A stretch of DNA of 44,210 nucleotides, taken from the IMG/VR virus record IMGVR_UViG_3300005663_000089, positions 1 to 44,210 of that record; one strand, 5' to 3'. The position numbers and the translations under genes were made by a program. Below, piece by piece: positions 27,941-37,298 of the stretch. Numbering within the stretch: position 1 is the first letter of the stretch; the number at the start of each line of letters is the position of its first letter. The stretch comes from a virus (Duplodnaviria; Caudoviricetes). Below the pieces are notes generated by a model that saw nothing but the letters and a program-made list of their open reading frames with translations, did no database searches and had not been told where the DNA came from.

Positions 27941-28398
27941 ACAAAGGCATGGTTTCCCATACCTATTTAGAGAACGGAATAGTTTCTAAGCAGTATCTTG
28001 TTCCCTTCCATAAGTACACACCCCGTAACATTAAAGCTCATTGGGATAATGAGATTAAAGCTCTGAAACTCCTGAGGGGTAAAAAGCATTTCCCACAACT
28101 TATAAGCGTAGACTATGCCAACCGAATTATTTATATGTCGTACTGTGGTGATCCCCTTAGAAAAGAAAATTTACCAGAAGATTGGAAAAAACAATGTACA
28201 TATATTGAAAAAACGCTTTGTAATTTATATATTTACCCGCAGGATTTTATTGGCAAAGATGCTAATCTTACACCACCACATAACAAAAATATTCACGTTA
28301 AGGACGGTATAATTTACTTGATTGACTTTGGTATATGGTCAACAAAACACACAGAAGGATTCAATACAATAACAGACATTGTTAAACAACTAGCGTAA
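27931..28398 (+). CDS. Protein-kinase-like fold sugar/LPS-type kinase
   Basis: NEIKALK, FPQLI, IYMSYCG, QD...KNIHV, LIDFG. Confidence 0.75.
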   Translation: MQLDKGMVSHTYLENGIVSKQYLVPFHKYTPRNIKAHWDNEIKALKLLRGKKHFPQLISVDYANRIIYMSYCGDPLRKENLPEDWKKQCTYIEKTLCNLYIYPQDFIGKDANLTPPHNKNIHVKDGIIYLIDFGIWSTKHTEGFNTITDIVKQLA

Positions 28399-28970
28399 TG
28401 GGAATCACAGGATTTAGTATGAATATGATTCGCCAATACGGAGGCGAACAACCGGGTATAAGACACTTGCTTGTAGGTTGTCAGAATATGTACGACCAAG
28501 AGCACTACGGACAGATAGCTGAAGGTTATTACAAAGGATTGGGGCAAGACGTTGTAAGCATAGATATTACCGCTTGTAACAACAGTATAGAGCACGATCT
28601 TAGAGAGCCTTTAGATATGGATCAGTTTGATTTAATATCCCAACACGGCACACTAGAACACGTAGAAACCAGGAAAGGATTTTACTTAGCACACAAGCAT
28701 TTGCATGATGCCTTGAAAGTAGGGGGAACTATAATTCATGAAAACCCTAAAACGGGAAATTGGGAAGGACATGGGAATCATTACTTAACCCAAAGTTTCT
28801 ACATTCAACTAGCTGAGTTAGTGGGATATGACATACAGGCAATCGGTGAACATCCGGCAATGGGAAATGCTATTGATGGCTGGAATATCTATTGTGTATT
28901 GATGAGAACAAACGATAATCCTTTCATATCAGAAGAAACGTTTAACCAGTTACCTATTTATGATACCTGA
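28398..28970 (+). CDS. SAM-dependent methyltransferase-like protein
   Basis: SIDI, HDLREP, FDLISQHGTLEHV, LKVGG. Confidence 0.7.
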   Translation: MGITGFSMNMIRQYGGEQPGIRHLLVGCQNMYDQEHYGQIAEGYYKGLGQDVVSIDITACNNSIEHDLREPLDMDQFDLISQHGTLEHVETRKGFYLAHKHLHDALKVGGTIIHENPKTGNWEGHGNHYLTQSFYIQLAELVGYDIQAIGEHPAMGNAIDGWNIYCVLMRTNDNPFISEETFNQLPIYDT

Positions 28971-29598
28971 TAATCTCAAAATAATAGGAAGCAGGGCAGC
29001 AAGTACCTTTCCTACTGTTGTAAACAGCTATGAATTAGCCTTAGGGGTAAGGGATTTAGAAGGGGATATTATGGAGTGTGGTGTAGGTGCGGGTTCTCAA
29101 ATAGGAGCTATGGCACTTGCAAGTAATAAAACAATATGGGCGGTAGATTCTTTTGAGGGTATTCCGATGGCAGGGGCAAAAGATACTTTACAACCTGGAA
29201 TAGGTAAGATAAAGCACGATGTAAATGTTCCACAGGAGCAGCTTTTAAAATCCTCCGGCATTTCCTCATACTCAATAGAGGTGGTAAAGAACCATATTAG
29301 AGAATGGGGTTTAGATAAAAAAGATATTCGATATGTAAAGGGGTGGTTTGAGCATATTGTTAAAGATATTCCTGTTAAGAAACTTGCTCTCTTAAGGCTA
29401 GATGGCGACTTGTATTCCAGCACTCTTGTTTGCTTGGAACACCTTTATCCAAAGTTGGTTAAGGGTGGTTATCTCATTGTAGATGATTACGCCTTAGTGG
29501 GATGCAGAGCTGCCTGTAGAGAATATTTCGGACAGAATTCGGATTCAAGATTTATTACAGTAGAGGGTGCGTTTAACATGGCTTATATGAAAATATAA
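28960..29598 (+). CDS. TylF/MycF/NovP-family sugar O-methyltransferase
   Basis: EGDIMECGV, DSFEGIP, VKGWF, LRLDGDLYSST, IVDDY. Confidence 0.9.
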   Translation: MIPDNLKIIGSRAASTFPTVVNSYELALGVRDLEGDIMECGVGAGSQIGAMALASNKTIWAVDSFEGIPMAGAKDTLQPGIGKIKHDVNVPQEQLLKSSGISSYSIEVVKNHIREWGLDKKDIRYVKGWFEHIVKDIPVKKLALLRLDGDLYSSTLVCLEHLYPKLVKGGYLIVDDYALVGCRAACREYFGQNSDSRFITVEGAFNMAYMKI

Positions 29599-29599
29599 A

Positions 29600-30154
29600 A
29601 TGGATTTAGACCTATACGACGACGATTTTTTCAAGTGGCATTATAAGTATGTCCATTGGATGAGCGTAGGGGTAGGTAAAGCGTTTGCCAAGCAATACAA
29701 GTTCAAGTCTATTGTAGATTATGGATGTGGTATAGGCTCTTATCTTTTAGGATGTCAAGAGGAGGGTGTAAGGGTCAAGGGATACGAGATAAGTCCCGCA
29801 GCGCATATACACACTAACAGCAACCTTCATCCTTATATTGAGTACATGGACTTCCTAACGATTGCTCCTGAGAAATATGAGGTATGTATGTGTATTGAGG
29901 TAGCGGAACATATAGACTCTCACAACTCTAAACAACTTGTTAAAATCCTAACAATGACCTCCGACTTTATAGTATTCTCAGCAGCCCCACCGGGACAGGA
30001 AGGAACGGGGCACATTAACTGCCAACCATTTGAGTATTGGATAGACTTATTTAAAAAGCGACACTTTAAGCAGTATAGACCGGGAAAAGTATTAGAAAGC
30101 TGGATAGATGCACCTGATTATGTAATTAAAAACCTAATGGTATTTACAAAATGA
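29600..30154 (+). CDS. Class I SAM-dependent methyltransferase
   Basis: VDYGCGIG, IEVAEHI, SAAPPGQEGTGHINCQ. Confidence 0.85.
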   Translation: MDLDLYDDDFFKWHYKYVHWMSVGVGKAFAKQYKFKSIVDYGCGIGSYLLGCQEEGVRVKGYEISPAAHIHTNSNLHPYIEYMDFLTIAPEKYEVCMCIEVAEHIDSHNSKQLVKILTMTSDFIVFSAAPPGQEGTGHINCQPFEYWIDLFKKRHFKQYRPGKVLESWIDAPDYVIKNLMVFTK

Positions 30155-30744
30155 AACGTTTTTCACAAGGGGAAGAAGAGGATTATATACTAGAATATTT
30201 TAGAGATAACCAAGATGGGAATTTCTTGGATATAGGCTCTTATAACCCAGAGATATTCTCTAATGTAAGGGCGTTATTTGAAAAGGGTTGGACAGGGATA
30301 TGTGTAGAGCCTTCTGATGATCCTTTCAACGTACTAAAAGAAGCCTACAAGGGAACAGGTGTAGAGGTGTATAATTGTGCAATAGGTACTGAAACTAAAA
30401 TAGATGAGTTCTTTGATTCTGGTGGTGATGCGTTAAGCTCTACCGACAAGGATCATGTTAAGAAATGGACAGACGACTATGATGTAACCTTCACCACGAC
30501 CACCAAGCAGTTCTACACTTTAGAAGATTTAATAGCCCAAAGTGTATATAAGAGTTTTAACTTTGTATCCATCGACGTAGAGAATGATAGGTTAGGAATT
30601 GATATTTTAAAGCAAGTACAACTCTATTCTGTTGGAATGGTTTGTCTGGAGTGTAGTTATGATCTTAGGAGTGAAGTTAAAGAGTATATGGAGGGGTGGA
30701 AAGAGGTCTACTCGAACGCAGAAAACATATTGTTATGTCGATAG
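30151..30744 (+). CDS. FkbM-family methyltransferase
   Basis: FSQGEE, FLDIGS, SNVRALFEKGWTGICVEP, VSIDVE. Confidence 0.85.
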   Translation: MKRFSQGEEEDYILEYFRDNQDGNFLDIGSYNPEIFSNVRALFEKGWTGICVEPSDDPFNVLKEAYKGTGVEVYNCAIGTETKIDEFFDSGGDALSSTDKDHVKKWTDDYDVTFTTTTKQFYTLEDLIAQSVYKSFNFVSIDVENDRLGIDILKQVQLYSVGMVCLECSYDLRSEVKEYMEGWKEVYSNAENILLCR

Positions 30745-31301
30745 TACTCTCCATATTAGTACCTTCCATACCCTCTCGGTTTGAGAAGTTCCAAAGAATT
30801 TACCAGAAGTTATTAGATCAATCCAAAGGAAGGGATAACATAGAGATTCTAGGTCTGTTTGACAATAAGCAACGCTCAATAGGTCTTAAAAGGGATGCTC
30901 TGGTTCAGATGTCTAAGGGGGATTATGTAGCGTTTGTAGATGATGATGATAATATAAGCCCTGATTATATCGTAAAGTTGTTACAGTCTGCCCTTTCCAA
31001 TCCTGATGTAATTACCTTTAAGCAGACCTCTATTATCAACGGGGAACAATGTACGGTAGATTTTGACCTGACCCATACAGAGAATGAAGGATTTACGCCA
31101 GGGGGAACTATCAAGCGAAGACCTTTCCACGTATGTGCCTTTAAAGGTGAGATAGCTAGAAAGTACCACTTTCCAGACAAAATGTATGGAGAGGATTGGG
31201 GCTGGTGCAAACAGGTTTTAAAAGACGTTAAGACACAGGTTAAGATAAATGAGATCATACATATCTACGTGTTTGATTCAGAAGTAACAGAAGCCAAGTG
31301 A
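30735..31301 (+). CDS. GT2 glycosyltransferase
   Basis: LSILVPS, GDYVAFVDDDD, GEDWGW; MSIV start at 30735. Confidence 0.85.
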   Translation: MSIVLSILVPSIPSRFEKFQRIYQKLLDQSKGRDNIEILGLFDNKQRSIGLKRDALVQMSKGDYVAFVDDDDNISPDYIVKLLQSALSNPDVITFKQTSIINGEQCTVDFDLTHTENEGFTPGGTIKRRPFHVCAFKGEIARKYHFPDKMYGEDWGWCKQVLKDVKTQVKINEIIHIYVFDSEVTEAK

Positions 31302-31858
31302 GATTAAGCGTACTTATATGCACAATAGAGCAGCGCAAGACTTTGTTTGATGTGTTGATGGCTAGAATAAACGACTTCTTAGAGAGAGGTGATTTCACAT
31401 CCCAAGTAGAGATACTAAGTGAATGTGATAATAGGGAAATGTCAATAGGCAAAAAGAGGAACTTATTACTATCAAGAGCAAAGGGAGACTATGTATGTTT
31501 TATTGATGATGATGATAGTATAGATGAGGAGTACTTTGTAAAGATTTTAAATGCTCTTGAAAGTTCCCCGGATTGTGTACAGATAATAGGGATGATGAAT
31601 ACTGACGGATACAACCAACAACGTTTCGAGCATTCCATTACACACCCTGTTTACTACGATCATCAGGGGGTTTATTACCGTTATCCCAACCACCTAAATC
31701 CTATTAAAAGGGAGATAGCCCAGAGGTTTAAATTTCCAGAAGTTGACTTTGGGGAGGATACGGATTGGGCTACTCAGATAAGAGATTCTGCATTACTTCA
31801 AAGGGAAGAGTCTATCGATAAGGTTATTTATCACTATCGGTATTCTTCTAGGAAATAA
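31298..31858 (+). CDS. GT2 glycosyltransferase (paralog of the upstream gene)
   Basis: LSVLICT, GDYVCFIDDDD, GEDTDW. Confidence 0.85.
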   Translation: MRLSVLICTIEQRKTLFDVLMARINDFLERGDFTSQVEILSECDNREMSIGKKRNLLLSRAKGDYVCFIDDDDSIDEEYFVKILNALESSPDCVQIIGMMNTDGYNQQRFEHSITHPVYYDHQGVYYRYPNHLNPIKREIAQRFKFPEVDFGEDTDWATQIRDSALLQREESIDKVIYHYRYSSRK

Positions 31859-32077
31859 CTACTGAAAAGGATGCCTGTAGTCTGGGTGGTTGTTGGCTAC
31901 GTAAATAGTGAAGAACAAGAACTCTAGGTTTGTATAATACCATCTACGGGGTTCATCTGACCATGTGATATTATCTTGTAGGCTAAGTGATCTATGTGAG
32001 TCAAGTGTATTGTGCTCTACCTCAGGAACTATAAACCACTCTAAGAAGTGTAGCTTTATTTTAATGCTGACTTTCAT
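31859..32077 (-). CDS. Hypothetical protein
   Basis: Minus-strand ORF coupled to its upstream neighbour. Confidence 0.5.
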   Translation of the reverse strand: MKVSIKIKLHFLEWFIVPEVEHNTLDSHRSLSLQDNITWSDEPRRWYYTNLEFLFFTIYVANNHPDYRHPFQ

Positions 32078-32252
32078 TTTCTTTTAGTTCTGATATAATT
32101 GCATTGATTACTTCTGGTAAGTTAGCCCGTTTCTTTTTGGCTTTCATCTTGGCTTGATACACTAAAACAAACTCGTAATTTTCTTCAAAGAGACACATCC
32201 ATAAAGTTGTAGAACACTCTTTGTATTTACCTACCGAATCCCTTGTACTCAT
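32061..32252 (-). CDS. Small basic protein, possible ribbon-helix-helix regulator
   Basis: Strand-helix-helix pattern; divergent from the head operon; MSTR start. Confidence 0.4.
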   Translation of the reverse strand: MSTRDSVGKYKECSTTLWMCLFEENYEFVLVYQAKMKAKKKRANLPEVINAIISELKENESQH

Positions 32253-32355
32253 TGTTGCCCTATGTAAATAGTTGATTGCCCTAAAGGTACGCACAATCTT
32301 TCAATTACAAAACATAGAGGGTATTTTTACCGTAATCTAAACCAACAAAACTTTC

Positions 32356-32721
32356 ATGGAAGCACTTAAATTAGGTGAAATCAGAGTACATCTCAAAGGT
32401 GGAACTAGCTATATCTGTCCCGAACTAAATAAGGCAAATGTTGTTCGATCTATCGGAGGTTCAGTAGCTCGAATAGAACACTACAAGCCACTCCCAGCAG
32501 CAACTCTCCCGGCAGCTCCACCTACACCTCCAAAGCCTGAAGGCAAGACAAAAGAATCACTCTTAGGTGGACTTTTGCAAGACAACAAAATCACAGCCCC
32601 CGAATTTATCAAGTGGATAGAGGCTTCTAAGTCTATTGAGGATTTAGCTATTGTAATGAAAGGTGAAACTAGAAAGACTGTTAAGGCGGCTTACAAGAAA
32701 AGACTTAATGAATTGGCGTAA
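32356..32721 (+). CDS. Hypothetical protein with Pro linker and C-terminal helical domain
   Basis: ETRKTVKAAYKKRLNEL C-terminus. Confidence 0.6.
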   Translation: MEALKLGEIRVHLKGGTSYICPELNKANVVRSIGGSVARIEHYKPLPAATLPAAPPTPPKPEGKTKESLLGGLLQDNKITAPEFIKWIEASKSIEDLAIVMKGETRKTVKAAYKKRLNELA

Positions 32722-32885
32722 TGGCTGCATTCAAAGGTACACTAGGATCAGGAGAACGTTTTAAAAGGTGTGTAGCATCAAACAGGGGAAAAGTAAGAGA
32801 CCCAGAAGCCTTATGCGCCTCTATCGGAAGGAAGAAATTTGGCAAGAAACGATTCGCACAGTTAGGTAAACAAGGAAGAAGATAA
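32721..32885 (+). CDS. 54-aa basic protein (not in ORF track)
   Basis: MAAFKGTLGSGERFK...DPEALCASIGRKKFGKKRF; TAATG coupling at both ends. Confidence 0.7.
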   Translation: MAAFKGTLGSGERFKRCVASNRGKVRDPEALCASIGRKKFGKKRFAQLGKQGRR

Positions 32886-32986
32886 TGGCAGTTCATACAA
32901 AGACAAAGACCGGAAGCGGTCATAAAGCCCAGAGGAAGGGTAAGAAGAAACGCCTAAAGAAATTACTGAAAACTAAAAGAAATTAA
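32885..32986 (+). CDS. 33-aa Lys/Arg-rich peptide (not in ORF track)
   Basis: MAVHTKTKTGSGHKAQRKGKKKRLKKLLKTKRN*. Confidence 0.55.
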   Translation: MAVHTKTKTGSGHKAQRKGKKKRLKKLLKTKRN

Positions 32987-33003
32987 CTTAATACCAATTC
33001 CAA

Positions 33004-33909
33004 ATGAACAACGGAGAACTTATAATCTCGTTAGCGAAACAGGGTGGAGTCGAACTAGACGAAGCCCAGACAAAGGTCATTAAAGAAATGACGATAGATT
33101 TACCAGGTGATGTAGCAACTAACATTCAAGGATCACTCTTTACCGTAGAGTCTGCCCTGGCAAACCCCGACATTATCAATAAGCTGAAGGCTGAGAGCCT
33201 TGACGCTGTTGACCAGAAGATGCAGGAGTTTGCTAAAACACTCGGACTAGATGATGGATTTATTCATAATCTAAAAGAGACAAAAGGCACTTACAATAGA
33301 ATAGACTCTGTTGGAAAAGCGATTTTGCAAAACCAGACAGTAGCTTTGGAAAAGGCTAAAGAAGGCGCACCAAAAGGAGATCAGAAAGAGTTGCAAGCAG
33401 AGATTGAAAAGTTAAACAAGCAGATAGCGGTATCAGGCGAGAATATCGTAACCAAGACAGACCATGAGGATATGGTAGAGGGTTTTGAGGATATGTTGAA
33501 GGAGAACGCTAAAGCAATGCTGAACCTTAAAGCCAACACACTATTTGCCAACCAGAATTGGGCAATGGATGTTGACCCTGAGGTTAATTTAACAACAGCG
33601 CAGACGTTGTTTAACGGTGAACTTGCCGCCAAAGGCATTAAGCTGGTAGATGATAATGGTATATTGAAATTGCAGACAGGAGAAGGAACGCCTTATTTTG
33701 TGGATAACAAAGAAGTTAAGCCACAGGATTTCGCTAATACTCTTCTGGCTGGTAAGAAACTCCTAAAGGTTACTGATCCCGCACCTACACCAACACCGAT
33801 ACCCGTACCGGGAGGAGGAGATGGTACAGACCCAGCCGTACAGGCTGCTATGTTAAAGGCTGCTGAATCAGTAAAAAATATTCAAAACCTTCAGGAACAA
33901 AACGTATAA
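33004..33909 (+). CDS. Capsid scaffolding protein
   Basis: Coiled-coil, Pro/Gly linker near the C-terminus; directly upstream of the MCP. Confidence 0.7.
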   Translation: MNNGELIISLAKQGGVELDEAQTKVIKEMTIDLPGDVATNIQGSLFTVESALANPDIINKLKAESLDAVDQKMQEFAKTLGLDDGFIHNLKETKGTYNRIDSVGKAILQNQTVALEKAKEGAPKGDQKELQAEIEKLNKQIAVSGENIVTKTDHEDMVEGFEDMLKENAKAMLNLKANTLFANQNWAMDVDPEVNLTTAQTLFNGELAAKGIKLVDDNGILKLQTGEGTPYFVDNKEVKPQDFANTLLAGKKLLKVTDPAPTPTPIPVPGGGDGTDPAVQAAMLKAAESVKNIQNLQEQNV

Positions 33910-33921
33910 TAATTTAAAATC

Positions 33922-35031
33922 ATGGCAGGAGGATTAGGATTTGCGGACTCCCTAACAAAGCATATTGCTTTAATAACCGCACAAAACACGCCTCAGTTCA
34001 AACTGAACTGGCAAGGGCACTTAAATCTACTGAAGCACAATAAGAATGCTGATGTAGTACGGATTAACGATGAAGCCGATCCGGGACATCGTAGAACCGT
34101 TATTATCAAGGCAAAGCAAAGGGCAACCATTGATATGACCGACACTGAGAAGAGTTGTGAGAACGTCAATGTAAATGCCTATTTCGAGCGAAACGTAAAC
34201 CTATCAAATGTAAGGCAGTACGCTATTTTCATTGATGATGAAACGATTGCTCGTTATCCAAATGACGCTTCGGCTGCTTTCAGTTTAGGAACACCTTCAA
34301 CAAAAATTATGACAGAGTTTATGACTCAGATCAAAGAAGGTGCAGATGCTATTCTAAGCGGTGTTAACCAGGATTTAGCTACTCTTATGGCAGCTAATAT
34401 TGGGGTTAATCAGCGAACTGGAGATAATGCTACTACTGCTATTAACTTAGTGCTTAACACTAACAATAATCCTCTTAATCAAGGATTAACGCAGGTGACA
34501 ACGGATTATCAGTTGAACGAAGCTAGTGGTCGCCCAATGATGGTAGGAACAGGTCTTATCCATAACTTTGCCATACAGCAAAGACAGGGCAAGGCAGTAG
34601 ATCAATCAGGTATCAATACGCCTATTCAGATGAATGATTATGATTTCTTCCAAGACCCATTTGCAGCTACTTCACTTGGAGCAAATCAGGCTATCGTTTA
34701 CGAACCTGAGGCAGTTCAGTTGATTGAGTACATGGAGTACCAGGGCTACAAAGCAGGAGACTTTGGAGTATCAACCTTCTTTACTTTTATGTTGCCTATG
34801 CAGGTATCAGAAAGAATAGAGATGGTCGAGTTTGACGCTCAGTTGAAGTACTTTGACTGTCCGACTACGCTAACAGATGCGTACTACGGAACTACGGTTC
34901 AAGTTCAAAAAGGGTTTTCCCTTATCATCTCTAAGCAGTTTGGACTATTCACAATAGACCAGGCATACAGAGCTACTGACCGATTGAATGGTAATAGGGG
35001 TTCTTACCGATATTCATTCACTAACGTGTAA
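33922..35031 (+). CDS. Major capsid protein
   Basis: 369 aa, follows the scaffold; composition consistent with an HK97 fold. Confidence 0.75.
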   Translation: MAGGLGFADSLTKHIALITAQNTPQFKLNWQGHLNLLKHNKNADVVRINDEADPGHRRTVIIKAKQRATIDMTDTEKSCENVNVNAYFERNVNLSNVRQYAIFIDDETIARYPNDASAAFSLGTPSTKIMTEFMTQIKEGADAILSGVNQDLATLMAANIGVNQRTGDNATTAINLVLNTNNNPLNQGLTQVTTDYQLNEASGRPMMVGTGLIHNFAIQQRQGKAVDQSGINTPIQMNDYDFFQDPFAATSLGANQAIVYEPEAVQLIEYMEYQGYKAGDFGVSTFFTFMLPMQVSERIEMVEFDAQLKYFDCPTTLTDAYYGTTVQVQKGFSLIISKQFGLFTIDQAYRATDRLNGNRGSYRYSFTNV

Positions 35032-35037
35032 TGAATC

Positions 35038-36114
35038 GTGAGCCTAAATTGCTTAAAGGATTATATTGGAGTTCAGGGGTGTACTATTACAACCCCTGAC
35101 TCTGGTATATTCATAAATCAACTTCCAGGCATTGAACTAGAAATGATTGATTCGCTTGCTGATGAGCAGCAGGTGGATTTTAATGGGGTCTGGGACGATG
35201 TTCAGGAGCGTGCCGTCAGAAGGTTAAAGACGGATGTAAACGCAGAGTTTAAAAAGCGTCACCTACTAAAGAACGTTACCCAATCAATAGATATGGGTCG
35301 TATCATAGATACAAGCGTTACAACGGTTGCAGGGGCGCAGTATAGGGGTGTAGCCCTTACTCTAAGGCGACAAGATGAAGAGTTCGCCTATTCTAACCTA
35401 CAGACCATACAAGTTCAGGAGGTTTCCCTGTACTTCTCATCTACAGACGCTACAACGATTAAGGTATTTGACCTTCAAACAGGAACAGAGCTATTTACTA
35501 AGGCTGTGGTTGCTCCCGCTTCTATAGGGTTTCAGACCATAACCATATTTCAGACATTCGAGGCAAGAGAGATTTTTATAGGATATGATGCTACCAGTTT
35601 AGTGTCTGTTGAGCTGGACTTATTGAAGTTAAAGAATGCTGTTAACCGAACCCAGAACGGATGCAACTTTTTTTCCTTGTCCTGTGGAGATGGAGGTAAT
35701 AGAAACGCAGAACTAAGAGGGGCAAGTGCTACGATTGCTACGGAGATAACCGAAGAAGACCTTACAATAGGTGATAATGCTTTTGGCTTCTCTGTTAAGT
35801 GGTCTATTGTATGTTCGTTTGACACATTTGTATGTAATAACAAAGAGCCTTTTACCAGGGCTTTGTGGTTGTTGTTAGGTATTGAGCTTTCCAGGGAAAG
35901 GAAGTTTACCAATCGATTAAGTGAGTTTACAACCTTTGACAATAACAAGGCAGGGGAGTTGATGAAACTCTTTGAAGTTGAATACCGGGGAGGGATGATA
36001 GATGATATTGAATACGAGGGGGAACTTTTTATGTCGATCGACGCTATTGATCTAAACAACCAGGACTACTGTTTAGAGTGTTATGATGAGGTAAGGATAA
36101 TGGAGGTAATATGA
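35038..36114 (+). CDS. Head-tail adaptor-like structural protein
   Basis: Position after the MCP; helical termini around a beta insertion. Confidence 0.55.
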   Translation: MSLNCLKDYIGVQGCTITTPDSGIFINQLPGIELEMIDSLADEQQVDFNGVWDDVQERAVRRLKTDVNAEFKKRHLLKNVTQSIDMGRIIDTSVTTVAGAQYRGVALTLRRQDEEFAYSNLQTIQVQEVSLYFSSTDATTIKVFDLQTGTELFTKAVVAPASIGFQTITIFQTFEAREIFIGYDATSLVSVELDLLKLKNAVNRTQNGCNFFSLSCGDGGNRNAELRGASATIATEITEEDLTIGDNAFGFSVKWSIVCSFDTFVCNNKEPFTRALWLLLGIELSRERKFTNRLSEFTTFDNNKAGELMKLFEVEYRGGMIDDIEYEGELFMSIDAIDLNNQDYCLECYDEVRIMEVI

Positions 36115-36578
36115 TTTATACAAGCAATCTAAATAGCGTTATTGACAGCCTGAATGTTAAGCTGAGTAATATCAAAAACACTGATTCTTTACTTCAGGAC
36201 ATAGCTGTTTCTATAGCCTCTTCTAATGTTCGGAGGATTCACAATGAATCCCAGGATGTGAGTGGTGCAGAGATCACTTATAAAAGGTCAAGAAAAACTC
36301 CAACCAAAGGAGCTTATTCTAAGTCTTATGCTTCGAGACGAACAAACAAAGGACGGCAGATACAAAGGGTAGACTTCTCTTTTACGGGAAAGTTGAGTAA
36401 GGAATTTCAAGCTGCTCCAATACCAGGGGGATGGGGTGTGGGATTTACAACTCCTTCAGGGTCGAAGATAAGTGCCTTCTTAGAAGAGAATTTTGGCAAT
36501 GTGTGGGGCATAACACAGGAGGACAATAATGCAATTAACAGAATTGTAACCAAAGAAATTAACAAAAAATTAAAGTAG
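36111..36578 (+). CDS. Tail completion/virion morphogenesis protein
   Basis: AYSKSYA..R..KGRQ..RVDFSFTGKL motif. Confidence 0.7.
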   Translation: MIYTSNLNSVIDSLNVKLSNIKNTDSLLQDIAVSIASSNVRRIHNESQDVSGAEITYKRSRKTPTKGAYSKSYASRRTNKGRQIQRVDFSFTGKLSKEFQAAPIPGGWGVGFTTPSGSKISAFLEENFGNVWGITQEDNNAINRIVTKEINKKLK

Positions 36579-36689
36579 GGTTGACACATTGGTTTTATAT
36601 CCTAAAGGATATGGCAGGTACACACCCTGAGAACATGGAGCTTTTTGTAGGGTTTACCATAGGCAAGCTAGGAAAGGAAAAGATATTGT

Positions 36690-37280
36690 ATGGCAAAGGA
36701 AGCGGAAATAGTAGCACAGATCAACATTGATTTAAAGACGGTGCAGTTAAGTTCCAAGAGATTCCAAAAGGGGCGTTTCTCTGGGATTGCTGAACTTATT
36801 ACTAAAGTAGATGGGGATACCAGGCAGACCGTACCTGCTATAATTGATAACAATGGAAATGAAACCATACTATCGATAGATGAGAAATATCCTTTTCAGC
36901 TTTACCACCGCCATATTGCAAGTACTGTAGAGGAGGTAGACCCTTCGGAGCAGTTTGGAGACCTTGTATTTCGACAGGAAACCGCACAGATGCTTATGGT
37001 GGTTACTGGAGATAGGAAGAGATTAAAGTTAACAAAAGAAGAAATTATTACCGGAATTATGTTGGGGATGCCTTTGGAATTGGGTTCATCATTCCTAACC
37101 GCTAATTCGTTAGACAACGCAAGTATAATACCAGGAGATCAGAACCTTGATAGGGAAGACGCTTGGAACACTGAATACAACACAGAGTTTGTTCGGTTAA
37201 AGCCCGAGATGATTTTCTTTACGTTTAGCTATGCCATTCAGACAAGGGTAAAGTTTGACTGTATTGAGATTTGCGCTTAA
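36690..37280 (+). CDS. Putative tail terminator
   Basis: Position between the neck and tail tube genes. Confidence 0.5.
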   Translation: MAKEAEIVAQINIDLKTVQLSSKRFQKGRFSGIAELITKVDGDTRQTVPAIIDNNGNETILSIDEKYPFQLYHRHIASTVEEVDPSEQFGDLVFRQETAQMLMVVTGDRKRLKLTKEEIITGIMLGMPLELGSSFLTANSLDNASIIPGDQNLDREDAWNTEYNTEFVRLKPEMIFFTFSYAIQTRVKFDCIEICA

Positions 37281-37298
37281 AAATTAATAAATTAAATC

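Noticed and set aside
25836-31858. Captured host capsule/O-antigen locus
   Set aside because: No wzx/wzy/ABC export, initiating transferase or sugar-synthesis genes; genes are minimal and tightly coupled in phage style.
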